Below, one piece after another: positions 13,560 to 27,370 of a DNA stretch of 64,000 nt; position 1 is the first letter of the stretch; each line of letters starts with the position of its first letter. A program made the translations under genes and the position numbers. The DNA is taken from contig CM052817.1 of the NCBI GenBank assembly GCA_028534125.1, positions 27,654,001 through 27,718,000 of the forward strand. The letters are read 5' to 3'. Under the pieces are notes generated by a model. It was not told where the DNA came from. It did not search any database and worked only from the letters and a program-made list of their open reading frames with translations. This DNA comes from Lama glama (taxonomy: Eukaryota).

Positions 13560-15320
13560 TTTCTGTTTCCCTTCACAGCAAAAAGCTCAAAGCAGCTACT
13601 ACACTTGCTGCCCTTCTCTTTTCCTGTTTTCTCAGAAGCCTGCTCCAATCAGGCTTTTGTTATTCTCTCTCCACTAACCCTGTCCTTGACTTCCATACTA
13701 CTAAGCACAGTAGTCAACCTTAAATGCTGATTCTTGACCTATTAGCAGCAATTGGCACTGAATCTTTGGCTTCCAGAATTTCACCTTCTGAGTTCTCCAC
13801 CTACCTCACTGGCCACTCTTTTCCAGTCTCTTCTGCAAGTTCCTCATTTCCCTTACCTCCAAGAATTGGACTGTCCCAGGGCTTTGTCTCTTCTCTGTCT
13901 ACACTCAGTCACTGAGTGCTTCAATTCTATAACTTAAAAACAAATCACTACTTATTGAGACCTGAATTCTCTACCTCAAACCACAGGCTTATAAATTCAG
14001 TTGCCTACTTGGCATCTCCACTTGGGTGATGTGGTAGATGATATGATTGTTCCCAATTATTCACGGCCCTTAAGTAAGAACATCATACACCCCTGCTGAA
14101 TAACCATCCCCTTGCCATATGACTTGCAGTACTTCCCACTAACATCAGACTTCGTCATCAAACAGGCTTTGACCAATACAATGTGAGCATACGTGATACA
14201 GGCCACGTCTGGGCAGATGTTTTAGGAGCTACTGCATGATTCTGTCATAGCTGTTTTCCCTCTTTATTGAGAAAGGCATGTTCCAGATAGGGGCTGGTTT
14301 TTTCAACCTAGATTCCTGAATGAAAAAGACACATGGAACAGAAAGACAACCAACCCACAGCCATTGTAATGTGAGCATCACTGAGATTAGGGAGATGACT
14401 AATATCTCAAACTCAATGCATCAAAAAGGAAAAATCCCAATTTCTTCACCTCACCTTTAAAAAAATCTCTTTCAGTCTTTTTCTTTCCATTCAATGACAC
14501 CTTCATCCTTTCAGTTGCCCAGAACCTTGAATTTGTGCCTGACTCCTCTCCATCTCCTATACAATGGCCATTCTACACCTAAGCAAGATCTACTGGCTCC
14601 ACCTCCAAAATATATTGAGAATCCATCTCTCATCATCTCAACTATTATCTTAATGTCCACCACCAACATATCTTGCTTGAATTTTCAAAATAGCCTCTTA
14701 CATGATTCCCCCCTTCCTCCTAGCCCACGCATTCTATGTCAACGCAGCAGCTTGGGATTTTTTGAAAACATGTCAGCTCCTATGTCATTTCTCTTCTCAA
14801 AGCCCTCCCATGGCTTCTCATCTCACACAGAACAAGAGTCTGTTCTGACAAAGCGTACAAGGCCCCCATAATGGAGCTTCTCCACCGTCTCTCTGACCCC
14901 ATTTCCAACTATTCTCTCCCTCACTGGTCCAGCCTGGCTGGCCTCCTTTCTGCTTTTCGTACATCCTACGCATGCTTCCAACCCAGGGCCTTTGTCCTGC
15001 TTGAAATACTCTTCCCGCCACCTGCCTGCACAGCGTGCTTCTTTACTTCTTCAAATATCTGTTCAAGTGCCACCTTATCAGTGAGGCCTCTCCTCACTGC
15101 CCTTTATACAATAGCAAACCCTCTTCCTTTCTCTCCCCACCCCTCTAATTTTTCCTTGCTTTGGTTTGACCATAACATTTGTTACCTGCACACTATAACT
15201 TTATTCTTGTTTATTGTCTGTCTCCACTAGAAAGTGCCATCCATTAGAGCTGGATCTCCAAAAACTAGAATGGCACCTGACACATAGTAGGCATTCAGTA
15301 AATACATGCTGGTAAGTGAG
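13560..15320. mobile_element. L2 LINE fragments (interrupted by an MLT1 LTR)
   Basis: Pyrimidine-rich L2-like sequence (ttgcctacttggcatctccacttgg; agggcctttgtcctgcttgaaat) ending in ctagaatggcacctgacacatagtaggcattcagtaaatac. Confidence 0.7.
14030..14395. mobile_element. MLT1-type (ERVL-MaLR) solo LTR
   Basis: tgtggtagatg...cttgccatatgacttgcagtac...tttgaccaatacaatgtgagc...ctgagattaggg pattern. Confidence 0.6.
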
Positions 15321-17496
15321 TATTTCATGTATGATGCTTGTCTCTAGAGGTACAGAGATAAAAAAGGCATGGACTCACAGTCTAGTTAACTGACAAAGAG
15401 TCCTATACACATAAATACACATAATTACAATTCAGTGTAATAATGTGCTTATCAAAAGACATTTAAGTGGATTAATACTAATCATCATCAAAACTAGGCA
15501 TGCTGATACACTGCTAAGGGGAGTGTGAGTTGGGGTCGTCTATCTGAGGGCACTTTTGTTGCAGGTATCAAGAGTGAAAAAATTCATTCCTTTTGACCTA
15601 GTCATTCCACTTCTAGGAACACAATCTAAGGAAATAGCTTTGCTTTAGTAGAAAGAAATTAGGAAAATGGCTAAAATGTGGCATGTTTGTAAGGTAGACC
15701 ATAATGCAGTCTTTTGAATCATTTTTTTGCAGAATATTTAATAACATAACAAAGCGCTTATGATAAAGAAAAACATTCAAATATACACCTACCACTTTAA
15801 GTTGTTACTGTTAAGGGTTAGGATGGGTGTGGGAGATTTTTTTTTATGCATATTAAAAATATTTTTATGAACATAAATTAGTTTTGTTAAATTTAGAAAG
15901 GGCTTAAGACTCATTTTTTTAGCTGTAAAATAAAAATAGGACACATGTCTATATGCAGAATAATTCCAATGTTGTGTACATAGGAAAAAGATTGAAAAGA
16001 AATATGTACACTAAATACTAACAATGCTCATACATGGGTAATTTTTTTCTTTTCTTCTTTTTTATCATTTAGAGATTCCCTACAATTAATTTGTCCTCTA
16101 TAATAAAAAGGTAAATTAAAAAAGACAAACAAAAAATAAAACAAAAAAGACGAACAGCTCTTCAGTCCTCCTAAGTTAATCAAAAACATTAGTGTATCAT
16201 CAAACCAGGGTGTGAGAATTCCTGAATTAGAATTTTAATTTGAATACTCCCTTTCAAAAGGAGGTGAGAACCCAAAATTTTAAAGGGAAAGCACTGAAGA
16301 TAAGCTGGTTTCTTTTAATTATTTTTTAACTTATGTTGTTGATACCATTAGACCTCAAAAGTTTCCCATAGAGGTTTCCATCCCTAGTAATAGGGGTATG
16401 TGAAACTCCACATGGTGGGATGCTTAGTTTTTTGTTTATATAATCTGTAATGCTCTCGGGTCTCACGACAGGTTATCATAAAAACAGTATGTTTATCAGA
16501 GAAGACTAGGGCAATTGTCCTATAGATTTGGGAAACTGAAAAAGAAATTTAAAAACTGAGCCTTCACTTACTGCATTTGCTCGAGTATTTTTGAGTGCCC
16601 TGTGTCACGAGGCTACCTCGTAACTGCCTAGGCAGCGGGGGTAGGAAAGCCTCCTCCAGGAAGTGCCCTTTCGGGTCAGGCACGGAGAGCAGGTGGCGAG
16701 TGCTCCGGGGAAGAGGGAAGGAATGTGCACAGAAATACAGTGCCAGTCTTCCACTGATAGCTCCGTCTGACTAGGGGTACAATCTTGTCCTAACAGGAAT
16801 ATCAGGGTGCATTTTCATTTCTGAGAACCATTCTGAGTGCTCATACAGATTGTCTCTAGTCATCAGTACTGAGTGAATTCCATTTTGCTGCATTTCTGCT
16901 GGAGCTGGAGTGTCAGAATGGATAGGATCCCCATGCCTATTTTGAAACGCTATCTGTAGTGTCTCTGGTGGTTCAGTGTATTTCACTTGTCTCCTCAGAA
17001 GTGTAGCTTCAAGGTATTGTTTCTTGCTGGGGTTCTGAATTGTGATTTATCTGTTCTTGGTAGAAATATTAAATAAATCTGAGAAAACTCTAAAATCCAT
17101 TTTTATTGTAATTTTTCTTATTGAATTCCAGATGTAGCTTTAAGATGATTTAGTATGTGATGAAAGGAGAGGTGGTTGGTAAACTCAGATTGAAGCAATT
17201 TAAAATTTTACAGGCAGTTGTATTTGACGTAGAATTTCACGGTTTATTCTAAATGGAGAAAAGTTTGGGCCTCCAGAAGGAAAGAAACAGATGTCACAGC
17301 TGTTTCCGTCTCACTTGTCCCGTGGGACTTCATTTCTGCCCCTGCCTTGCAGGATTCCTCCTGGGAACCTTTCCTTCTCTGAAGCCCAGGTTTTGGCTGT
17401 GTCCTGAACATGGGCTTCGTGCTGCAGTGGGACCGCCCCTCAAAGCTTGGCAGTGTTTTCAGATGAAAGGGGTTCAATCTTATAAATTACTTACTG

Positions 17497-17900
17497 ACTT
17501 ATTTTTATTGAAGTATAATTGACATATAACATTTATAAGTTTCCAGTGTACAGCAGATTATTTGGTATTTGTATAAATTGTGAAATGATCACGAGTTTAG
17601 TTAACATCCATCACCATTTATAGTTACAGCATTTTTTGTTGTGATGAGAACTTTTAAGAATTACTTTCTTAGCAGTTTTTAAATAGGGGATATAGTATTG
17701 TTAACTATAGTCACCATGCTGTACATTACATCCCCATGACATTTATTTTAAAACAAAAGTATATACTTTTTGACTTCCTTCACCCATTTCACTGCACACC
17801 CCCATGCCCCTGGCAACCACCAATCTGTTCTCTGTTTCAGTAAGTTTGGTTGTTGTTGGTTTTTTTTTCAGATTCCGTATATAAGTGACATCATATACTA
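17497..17900 (-). mobile_element. L1MA-type 3' end
   Basis: tttttattgaagtataattgacatataac...ttaactatagtcaccatgctgtacattacatcccc...cctggcaaccaccaatctgttctctg. Confidence 0.8.
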
Positions 17901-18051
17901 TTTGATACTATCAACTGAATTTCTCTCAAAGATTTACATTCCTAAAACTTAACCGTAGAATTAACTTTCTCCTTAATAAAGATAGCCATCGCTGACTATT
18001 CTATTTGAAAAGAATTTCCTTACCTTCATTAGTTGTTATTATCTTTGTTAG

Positions 18052-18154
18052 AAACACAGCTCTAACTGATCCTGTGAAGAGACAACAAAATTTACAACAC
18101 AGTGACAATTGTAAATTTTGTTGTCTCTTCGTAGGATCAGCTAGAGCTATGTTT
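18052..18154. repeat. Long inverted repeat (46-bp arms, 11-nt spacer)
   Basis: 18052-18097 vs reverse complement of 18109-18154: 42/46 identical. Confidence 0.95.
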
Positions 18155-18315
18155 TTCAAGTTTTAACCTGCATACAAATCACCTGGGTATCTTGTTAAAA
18201 TGGAGATTGTTTTTGACTCGGTGGGTTTGGACTGAAGCTGAGATTCTGCATTCCCAGCAAGCTCACAGGTAATGCATTCTAAAGCTGCTCGCCCATGGAC
18301 CACACTTTGACTATC
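18147..18315. mobile_element. MER5A-like hAT MITE
   Basis: aatcacctgggtatcttgttaaaatg...ctgagattctgcattcccagcaagctcacaggtaatgc...ggaccacactttga. Confidence 0.75.
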
Positions 18316-19089
18316 AAAGACTAAGATTATTTTCAGATGTTGTACATGCAGTTTATTGGCACATGAATATCTCATCTTTCACAATGAATGTCTTTCTAAA
18401 GACATTTGTAGTTACTGTGGTTGTAAAATTGAAACACTTTTTAAAGAAAGATCACTATTAATTCTCATAAAGAGTGCACTCTAACACAATCAATTATTGG
18501 GAGTAAATCTGGAATTGTATCCAAAGCATGACCATAAAATAATGTCAACAGTATTTTAAATAAGCATTATAGATCATTTAAGTGTTCCTTTAAAAATAAT
18601 TCCTTGTGAGGCCATCTTATTCTAACAACACTACCATCTTTAGGGCGTGTTTGGAACACCTGCTTGGTAGTTAACTAGAGTGCTGGTGACCCATTTGTAA
18701 AAACACGATTGAGCAATAATGGATATCTTCATCTTTTGAGGATAAACTGAATTTGGGGGGAAGCAATCAAAACTAGTTGGTTCCTAGACTGATGAATACG
18801 GTGGATAGGTAAGCTGGTTATTATTATTTTAGGTTAAAAAAAAAGGAACTCTGTAATGAAATCTATTTCATGTTTGCGGCTCATCAGCTCATTTTATAGG
18901 AGAAGCCTTACAAACAATATGAACCATAAAATAATAAGCTCATGTCCTTTCAAGGTAATTACTAATTTGAAGAATAAGGCTTACATGAAGATACAAATTC
19001 TCGTTTCTTGGTTAAAGAAATCAGTCTCATTGTTAAAAAGGGCTTCAAAGTACATGAGGAAGAAACGACAGAACCGGAAGGAGAAATAG

Positions 19090-19710
19090 GTATAAATCCA
19101 CACAGTGCCCCTCTCACCACCATCAGTGGAAGTAGACTGAGAAATCAGTTAAGTACACAGACGATGGTGAACTACACTGTCAGCTATCTCGACCTGTTTG
19201 ACATTTATAGTACCTTCTGTCCCAACACAGAAATGCATATTCCTTTGAAGGTCACTCGGAATATTTACCAATAAATACCATATGCTTCACCATAAAACGT
19301 GTGTCAATAAAGTTAAAAGGATTTAAATCATACAAAGTATGTTCTTTGACCAAAGTGGAACTGAGTTTTAAAAAAACCCATAAAATGTAGAATTAAAAAA
19401 TATGACAGCAATGGCACAAAGGACAGGAACAGAGAAATGGAAGTGTGTTGTTGCAGGTTCTTACACTATTAATGAAGTGGTTTGCCTTTATTTCAAGGTA
19501 GACTGTGATTAAGTTAAAGATGTGCATTATAAATCGTAGAGCAACCGCTAAAACACGCACACATGCACACAAAGAGGTATGGTTAGTAAGCCGAGGGTGG
19601 AGAGAAAATGGAATCATAATAAATACTCAACAAATCCCAAACAAGTCAATAAACAAGGAACAAAGTGACGATGAGACAAATAAAAAACAAATAGCAAGAT
19701 ATTATCTTCA
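19090..19710 (+). mobile_element. Old L1M fragments
   Basis: gacatttatagtaccttc...aataaagttaaaaggatttaaatcatacaaagtatgttctttgacca resembles the L1 ORF2 endonuclease region. Confidence 0.6.
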
Positions 19711-19739
19711 ATTCTTATGTTAACTCAAAGAGGTAGTGT

Positions 19740-19855
19740 ACAGATAAGGAAACTGAGACTTAGAGAGCTTTAATAACTTGCTCAAGGTGACACAGCCAGT
19801 GTGGATGGGGTTTCAATTCAGGTCCGTTGTCTTCCAAAGTCTCTGCACTGTATTA
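19740..19855 (-). mobile_element. MIR SINE fragment
   Basis: acagataaggaaactgagacttagagag...taacttgctcaaggtgacacagccagt. Confidence 0.7.
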
Positions 19856-20226
19856 AATGACAGAGTATTGTAGCATGTGTGTGTGTATGCATCCTAGCTC
19901 TCGTTGTGTATAGTGTAATTTGAAGAACAAAACTTATGTCTTCCAACAGCTGTGCATATGATTGACATTTAAATTTCTGCATGCCTATATAATAAAATAT
20001 ATTCTCATTTTTCAAATTATGGTCAAGCGTTATAGCATTATTTCTGGAGGGTTTTCCCATCTATCTTCACTATCCATCACAGGTCAGGATACGCCTAGAT
20101 TCTCTACAGATGAGGGGGTGGGATGACATGGTGTCAGCAACCAGAAGGACTGCAGATGGGCCCTGCCTCACTGACCACGGTGAGGACAACCTAAATCATT
20201 TCCCACAAATCTCCTTCAAGTCTTTA

Positions 20227-20363
20227 TTATTGTATTATTTTTAACTTTTTTAGGGGGGGAGGTAATTAGGTTTATTTATTTTTTGAGGAGGTGCTGGGGA
20301 TTGAACCCAGGACCCTGTGCATGCTAAGCATGTGCTCTACCACTTGAGCTACACCCTCCCCCT
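20227..20363 (-). mobile_element. Full-length tRNA-derived SINE (camelid Vic-type) with 15-bp TSD
   Basis: Minus strand GGGGGAGGGTGTAGCTCAAGTGGTAGAGCACATGCTTAGCATGCACAGGGTCCTGGGTTCAATCCCCAG (A and B boxes), A-rich tail; TSD tccttcaa(g/a)tcttta at 20212-20226 and 20364-20378. Confidence 0.85.
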
Positions 20364-22337
20364 TCCTTCAAATCTTTAAAAGCTTTTTGCTGTGTTCATC
20401 ATCTATGTACATACACATATATGAGCACAGTACAGTAACGCATAAAAAATATTTTGGCACTCCATACAATATGCAAGTTTCTGTGGTAGGCAAAAGATCT
20501 GAAAAGGTGAGAAAAATAATTACGTCCCCCAATATCATAGAGCTAAAAGTCTCATGAGGCACAAAAACTTCACACAAAGAATCACACAAATGTATAATTA
20601 TAATATTGCCATAGGTGCTATGAAAGCAGCAGGATACTGTGACAGAAGACAGGATGACCTATTTGCAGGTCATCAATGGAAATAGCCATTTTCTTCTTTT
20701 CCAAACATATCGAAGACTTTGACTCTGTTACAAAGCCACCAAGCTAGAAGTTGACAGTAAGTAAGATAGTTTAGTAATAAAACAATTCTTTCAAGTTTAG
20801 CATGCTTGGAGCCACGTGACATGTTTTTAATGGAGTCTCTCGAGTAGGAAGAACTGTCACCCACAATTATTTTGACAGTTATTCATCCTTTTCTTGCCAA
20901 TCTGTGAAAAGAATGATGGTTTTTAAGAATAAAGATTTATTTAACTAGGAAACTTTCATTACAACACATGCTATAATCATGGGACTTTAGAAGAAAGCTC
21001 TTCACTTTCAGTAGCCCATTTAAAAATGTGTGTGGATGATTTATAAAGAGCAGTAAAATACATTGTAATGGATGTAGCCTGCAGAGTGAGGGCACACCCA
21101 GAAACTGCAGCCTTCATCCTGAGCTGTGTCCTGGGGAAACTGAGCCAGGCACGGTTCTGGGAGAGCCCACTTCCCTGTCTCAACAAGACCACATCTCGTA
21201 GCAGCAGCTAGTTCTGATTCTCTCCAACCAGAGCTCACTAGTTGGAGCCCAGCGACCAGCTGCAGCTGATGCGAAAGGTGCTCAATGTCATCCTGAAAAG
21301 AGTACAATACTGTTTCCTTTGTATCCCATCTTGTTCCTGGTGACAGGGAGCAGGAGCCCCAAGGGTAGACCCAGGACTGACCACCTGCATAGGGCATAGC
21401 ACATGCTGAAGACTCAGTAAATGCTTAAAAAAGAAAAAGAAATGTAAAATAAAATTCGGTGTTTGGCTTCAGGGAGCTCCAAAGGGAGATGGAAATAAAA
21501 TCAGTTTTTGTTAGTTGTTGGATAAGAAGTGGAGCAGGAAGGGACAGAAACAATGATTTTAAAGGTTTTACAAAAGCGCTGGATCAGTATCTGGGTGACT
21601 TGTTTGTAAAGGTTGCTTTATTTTGGAAACAAAATTTAAGTGACCAGCTTTTAAACATTCTCCCCAAGTATCTTCCTGGTTAGACACTTAGTACCTGGGT
21701 GACAGAAACACCTGCTCTCTGAACAGATGTCACTGCATAGACCAAAGGCACTCAAACAATTGCATTTGTTTTTCTGATTAGAGTAAAGGGGAGCAGAGAG
21801 TAGGGGGCGGTCGTGGCGCCCAGAACCAGGGGAGAATGACGTGGGTGGCGGAGTCTGCAGTGCGTGCCTGCCTGCGATGTAAACGCACAGGAGCGTCTGC
21901 TTAACGGAATGGGAAGGATTGTTTCTAGTCCAGAATGATTGTCTTTAAAAAAATGTTTCCTTATAAATGTTTTTATCAATAGACCATAAAGTTTTGAGTA
22001 TTAAAGATCCTGCCAGATTAAGGCTTGCATCATTTTGAGAAGGCATGTGAGTTAATTTTTAGGGCATGTTGGGGAGTAAAGCTGCTTTGTTTCAATATGA
22101 TTGTAGCACAATGCTTTTTTAATAAGGGAATTTTCATTTTTGGAACAGGTTCATCCATTTGTCTTTCTGATAACCTCTTTCTAACTAATGATTTGGGCAT
22201 TTCATTTTAATATTTTAGAGCAATTCATTTTACTCCACAGCCTTTCTATGTAGCCAACAAATACTACACGAAGAAACAAAAAGCTGTAAGATATGCTGTC
22301 AGGGAAAGCGATTTTGAGCAGAGGAGAAGGTTCTAGA

Positions 22338-22492
22338 TTAGGAGTTCTTAACACGGGGACCATGGATAAGCTTTAGGGGATTCAAGAACCCCTTCGAATT
22401 TCCTGAACATCCTGCATGTATGCTCATGTAGGGAGAGTCCCTAGTTTTTATACGATTTTCAGAGTGGTCTTGACCCAAAAGAGTTATGAATG
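22338..22492. mobile_element. hAT-Charlie-type MITE remnant
   Basis: taggagttcttaacacgggg...tgacccaaaagagttatgaa termini resemble Charlie-derived MITEs. Confidence 0.45.
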
Positions 22493-24599
22493 TGAGTCAA
22501 GACAGAGCAAGTTATGCTGCAGTAACAAATTAACCTTGAGACCCCAGTAGCTTGAAGCCAGAGTTGCTTCTCTCTTCCTAAATTACTTCCCGTTCCAACT
22601 CTTGTCAGACAACAGATATTTGTTCAGAGCTAATTCTGCTCAAAAGCTCCTAACTAGGACCTCCAAGAGAGAGGGGCCAGGTCCCCTGGACATCATGTCT
22701 TTATCTCTGGACAAGGTCCTCACTTTTCCTTATCCATTAAGATTCTTATCCTCATTGCAGACAAAGAGGGGACAGAATCCTGGTGGGCAAGTGAAGGTTG
22801 AGGAAATAGATTCCAGATACATAAACTGGAATGAATAGTTTGAAACATTTTTGTTAGTGTTGGAGATGGGTGGGTGGAGTAGGTGGCAGGAAGGGGTAAA
22901 GGAGATTTCTTATTTCTGGGGTTAGCTGTTGAATACTACAATTTATGTTCTAGGAAGCATTCGAATATACTTATCCATATTTCATCTATTTCCAGGTAAA
23001 AATAGCTTATAAGAATAAAGCACGGTGACAATAAACTTTCAAAGCTAAATGCAAAGACAAGAACAGAAAAAGATGGCTGAGGGTGGTAGAGAATAAGCAG
23101 ACCAGAAACCTGAGCTAAGGGAAGCTGCAATTGAGATATAAATTAACATTTGGCTTCCTGGCAGCCAAGGGAAAAAGCGAAACACACCAGTAAGAAATTC
23201 GAACAAGTAGTTGTAAAAATCTTATGGCTCTAAGGGACTGTATAATTTTGATATTCATTTTGGCATGGCTAGTAAATACCTGCCTGAACTTGAGCAAGAT
23301 ACTAGAGAGTTCTGGGCCTTACTTTCTCATAAGTGATAGCAATTGCCTGATGAATTAGAAGATCTCTAAATTCCTTCTATCCGTAATTTCTCAATTATTA
23401 ATGAAACTTCCGAGAAATGGCTTCTTTTATATTTTTCATCAGGATTATACATGTCTTCATTAAACAAATGTTTATAGTTCCCTGTAGATTCACGAGATCT
23501 TCTCCCATTAAGTATCCAGAGAAATGTGACAGAATTCCCCAATTTTTATGAATTTTAAAGCTAACATATAGTTCACATGTCACGTGCCTAATTTTGGCTT
23601 TGACATTCTTCTGCAGTCACAGAAAAAAAAAGTATATCCAAAAATACACCAAAAATAAATAATAATTATTTAGCACAAAATGTTAATAGAAAACCCAGCA
23701 CAAGCCACAATTAAACACAATTATTATGTTTTTAAAAGTGAATTGAAAATGCTTCTATGTTGCCAGGAAGGAGGAAGAATCCTTGTTATTGGCACCAAAA
23801 AGGAGACAGACTAGAAGACATTTCTCCCTGTTCCTCATATCTCGACAAGGCTTGAATTTCTTTTTAGAATCTGGCAGAAATTGAGGAATGTTTAAACCTC
23901 ACTTATTGCTGGGAAGTGGACTCTAGCTTTTAAAAATGTTTATATTTATAGTTATGTGTTCTGGTACCTCTGCTTCTATCTAACTACAGAGCTTACTGCT
24001 CACTAAATTTCATTTTCATTAGTGGTATTCTATACTATTCTTGTGCCATGATGAATTTTAATTTTTAATAGTAAAGAAGGTAAAAAAACCTCAAGATTAG
24101 TCTAGTCCCTAATGTTTGTTAGATGAGAATGTTTATCTGAAAGCTGTATTTCAAAACCACAGTTGAAACTGATTTATTAAAATTTTGACAACTGATGAGT
24201 ATAAGGTTCAAGATGTTCTATTTTGATGTATCTCATCCCACCTTATTCATTTATCTAGTCCTTCATTCGTTCACTCATTCACTTATAGAAGCAAGCATGT
24301 TTCTTAAACATCGGGACCAGTGAACACAGGACTGCTGACGGAGGCACTGAGACTGTGTCTATGGGGCTCAGGACTGAATCAGACCCAAGACTCACCTGGG
24401 ACCCAGGAGTTGCACCAATATTCATCTGGGCATTTTTTTCAGGATTTTGAGCAGCAGTCTGCTCGGGCCAAATTGAGATGAATTATAGTTTGATCAGCCA
24501 GAGCTGGGTAGACCTAAGAAGTAGTTACAGACTTACATAGTTACTGTTTTATCAGCCTCATCGCAACTTTTTTCTCAAAGTCTTCAAAGATCAGTTTTA

Positions 24600-24830
24600 T
24601 TAGAGTGGGTGAAACACGGACTTCTCACCTGCAGTTGGACTGCCTGGATTGGCACCTTGGCTTCACTGCTTTGCCAGGACTAGCTCTGTGACCTTGGGCC
24701 CATGCCTCTAAGCATCAGTTTGCTCATCTGCAGAGCGGGGACAGTATTACTGCTTACCTCATAGGCTTGTTAAGAAGAGTCATTGCAATAATGATGGTAA
24801 AGCATTAAACTACTGACTTACTACTCAAAT
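24600..24830 (+). mobile_element. MIR SINE
   Basis: ctagctctgtgaccttgggc...catcagtttgctcatctgcagagcgggg...cttacctcatagg. Confidence 0.7.
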
Positions 24831-24929
24831 TGTTAAGAATGAAGAAGTCGTTTATGTAAAGAAGTCAACTCTCAGGATTTCAGTGAAGCAGAACCAAAGA
24901 GATCTTTGAACTATCCAATTCATCCCCAT

Positions 24930-25392
24930 TATCAGTTGTGCCCGATTCCCTCCCTTTCGTCCTTCTCCCCCTTGCTCTGTGTCCCAGGGGGCCGACCCGT
25001 ATGGACGTCAATGGGCCCTCTGGTTTCCAGTTGCTTTCAGCTAGAGGGGAGCAGCTGAAGGAGGTAGAAGGGAGGAAGGCGGTCAGGCACTGATTTTCCT
25101 GGCTCCCTCCCTGCAGGCTCTGCAAAGTCTAACCATGTTTCCTTACATGGAGATCACATTTCCCTGCAGGGAGCCCCCTCCACACACAGCGCTCTCTAGT
25201 TCCACTGCCACCAACCGCTCACTCACCGTGCCTCTTCAGGTCAATGACAGTGCTGGGTCTGGATACTACACTCCCTGTTGGCGTTCCGGGCCTCTCTGCT
25301 CACACCTTTGTATCAAGTGTTTTGTTTTGTTTTTTAATCAAACTCTTCTCAGATTGACTGTGCTGTTTCCTGACAGTCGAGCTGAAATACCA
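24930..25392. mobile_element. LTR33-like ERVL solo LTR
   Basis: ctctgtgtcccagggggccgacccgtatggacgtcaatgggccctctggtttccagttg...ctgtttcctgacagtcgagctgaaatac resembles LTR33. Confidence 0.6.
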
Positions 25393-25917
25393 GGTGTGTA
25401 TTACTAAGATGGTGTCCATGTGAGGTCTGAACAACAGCTTTCAGGGAGAGATGGAGAAAGGGAGAGAGAATGATTCCAACAGTACTGGGAGCACACAAAC
25501 CAAACATGGATAATTCTTTCCCTGGACTGGCATGTACTTTGGCTGAGATGGTCAAATTGAACCATCATTTTTTTTTGAACTGTCTTGATATGATAGAGAC
25601 TCTCAGTGGCATTTATTTTCTCATTTTATGCCTAGTTCAGCATTTTAAATACAGCTTTATTGGGGGAATACGTTGCTCAGTGGAACTTGGGATTTTCTCA
25701 TAATTCATAATGGTCTTGGTCATTTTTCTCCAAATGGTTACTCAGCCATTGGCTGTGTTGCTTCTGTTCTTGGGACACAGTACATGACGCAGTGCCAGAC
25801 ACATCAGGCTCTCAGCCAATATATTGCATGAATGTATAATCAACTTTAAAGGGATTATATCATAATATACCTGGTTCCTTAATTTACGTAAACTGTGTAC
25901 TGAGCAGCATTCTAGTG

Positions 25918-27370
25918 ACTATTCTGGACATTTCATGTATGTGGAACCATGCAGTATGTAGTAGCCTTTCTGGTCTGGCTTCTTTCATTTAGCATGAAGT
26001 TTTCAAGGTTCATTCATGTTGTAGTACATATCAGTATTTCATTCCTTTTTTGTGGCTGAACAATAATACTCCATTCTGTAGACAAAAACCACATTTTGTT
26101 TATCCATTCATCAACTGATGGACATTTGGATCGATTACACTTTTTGGTAGCACAAATAAAGCTCTTATTAACATCTGAGTACAAGTTTTTGTGTAGGCGT
26201 GTTTTCAGTTCTCTTGGGTATACACCTGTGAGTGGAAATGATAACTCTATATAATTTTTTAAGGATACACCAAACTGTTTTTCAAACTGATTGCACCATT
26301 TTACATTCATTCTTATCAACAATGTATGAAGGTTTCAATCTCTCCATATCCTAGCTGATAAATTTATCTTTTTCATTTTAGCTATCCTAATGAATTGGTA
26401 TTTCCCTGTGGTTTAATCTGCACTTCCCTAATGACTAATGGTTTTGAGCATCTTTTCATATGCCATTTGTGTATCTTTCTTGGAGAACATATATTCAGAT
26501 CCCTTGCACACTTTCAATTAGGCTATTTGTTTATTATTGAGTTGTAAGAGATCTATATACTCTGGCTACAAGTCTCTTATCAGATATATAATTTGCAAAT
26601 ATTTTCTCCCATTCTATGAGTTATCTTTTTGTTCTTCATGTTGTTCTTGGAAGCACAAAAGGTTTTCATTTTGATGAGATACAATTTATCCTTTTTTGTT
26701 GTTGCTCATGCTTTTGGGCGTCTTCTTGAAAAAACCATCACCTAATCCAAGATCATGAAGATTTATTCCTATGTTTTCTTCTAAAAGTTTTATAATTTTA
26801 GCTTACTTTTAGGTCTGTGATCTATTTGGAATTATTTTTGCATATGGTGTAAGGTAGGGGTCCAACTTCATTCTTCTGGTTGTGGATATTCTATTGTTCC
26901 AGGGTCATTTGCTAGAAAGTTGATTCTTTCCCCATTGAATTGTCTTGGCATTCTTGTTAAAAATCAATTGACCACAAATGTAAGGATTTTTGTTGGCTAT
27001 CTGGGTTCCTTGTATTTCCATAAGAATTTTAGGATCAGCTTGTCAATTTCTGCAGAGAAGTCACCTGAGATTTGGATAGGAATTGCAATGGAGCTGTAGG
27101 TCAATCTGGGAAGTATTGCCATCTTAACAATATCAATTCTCCCACTCCATTATCATGGGATGTCTTCTCATTATTTAGATGTTTTAAACTTTCTTTCAAT
27201 GGTATGTTGTAGTTTGCCATGTGTAAGTCTAGCACTTATTTTGCTAAACTTATTCCTAAGCATTTTATTCTTTCTGATGTTTTTGCTGGTGTTTAGATGT
27301 ACAACTGATTCTGGTATATCAATCCTGTATCCTGCAACCTTGCTGAATTTGTTCTTAATACTTTTTTGAC
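25918..27370 (-). mobile_element. Old L1M (ORF2 3' part and 3' UTR), degenerate
   Basis: Peptides NKFSKVAGYRIDIPESV and KCPSVDEWINKMW match L1 ORF2 motifs; frameshifted. Confidence 0.88.

Noticed and set aside
16575..16760. Small CpG-rich patch with a CTCF-like GAGCAGGTGGCG
   Set aside because: Looks like a diverged L2 3' fragment, and the motif match is only partial.
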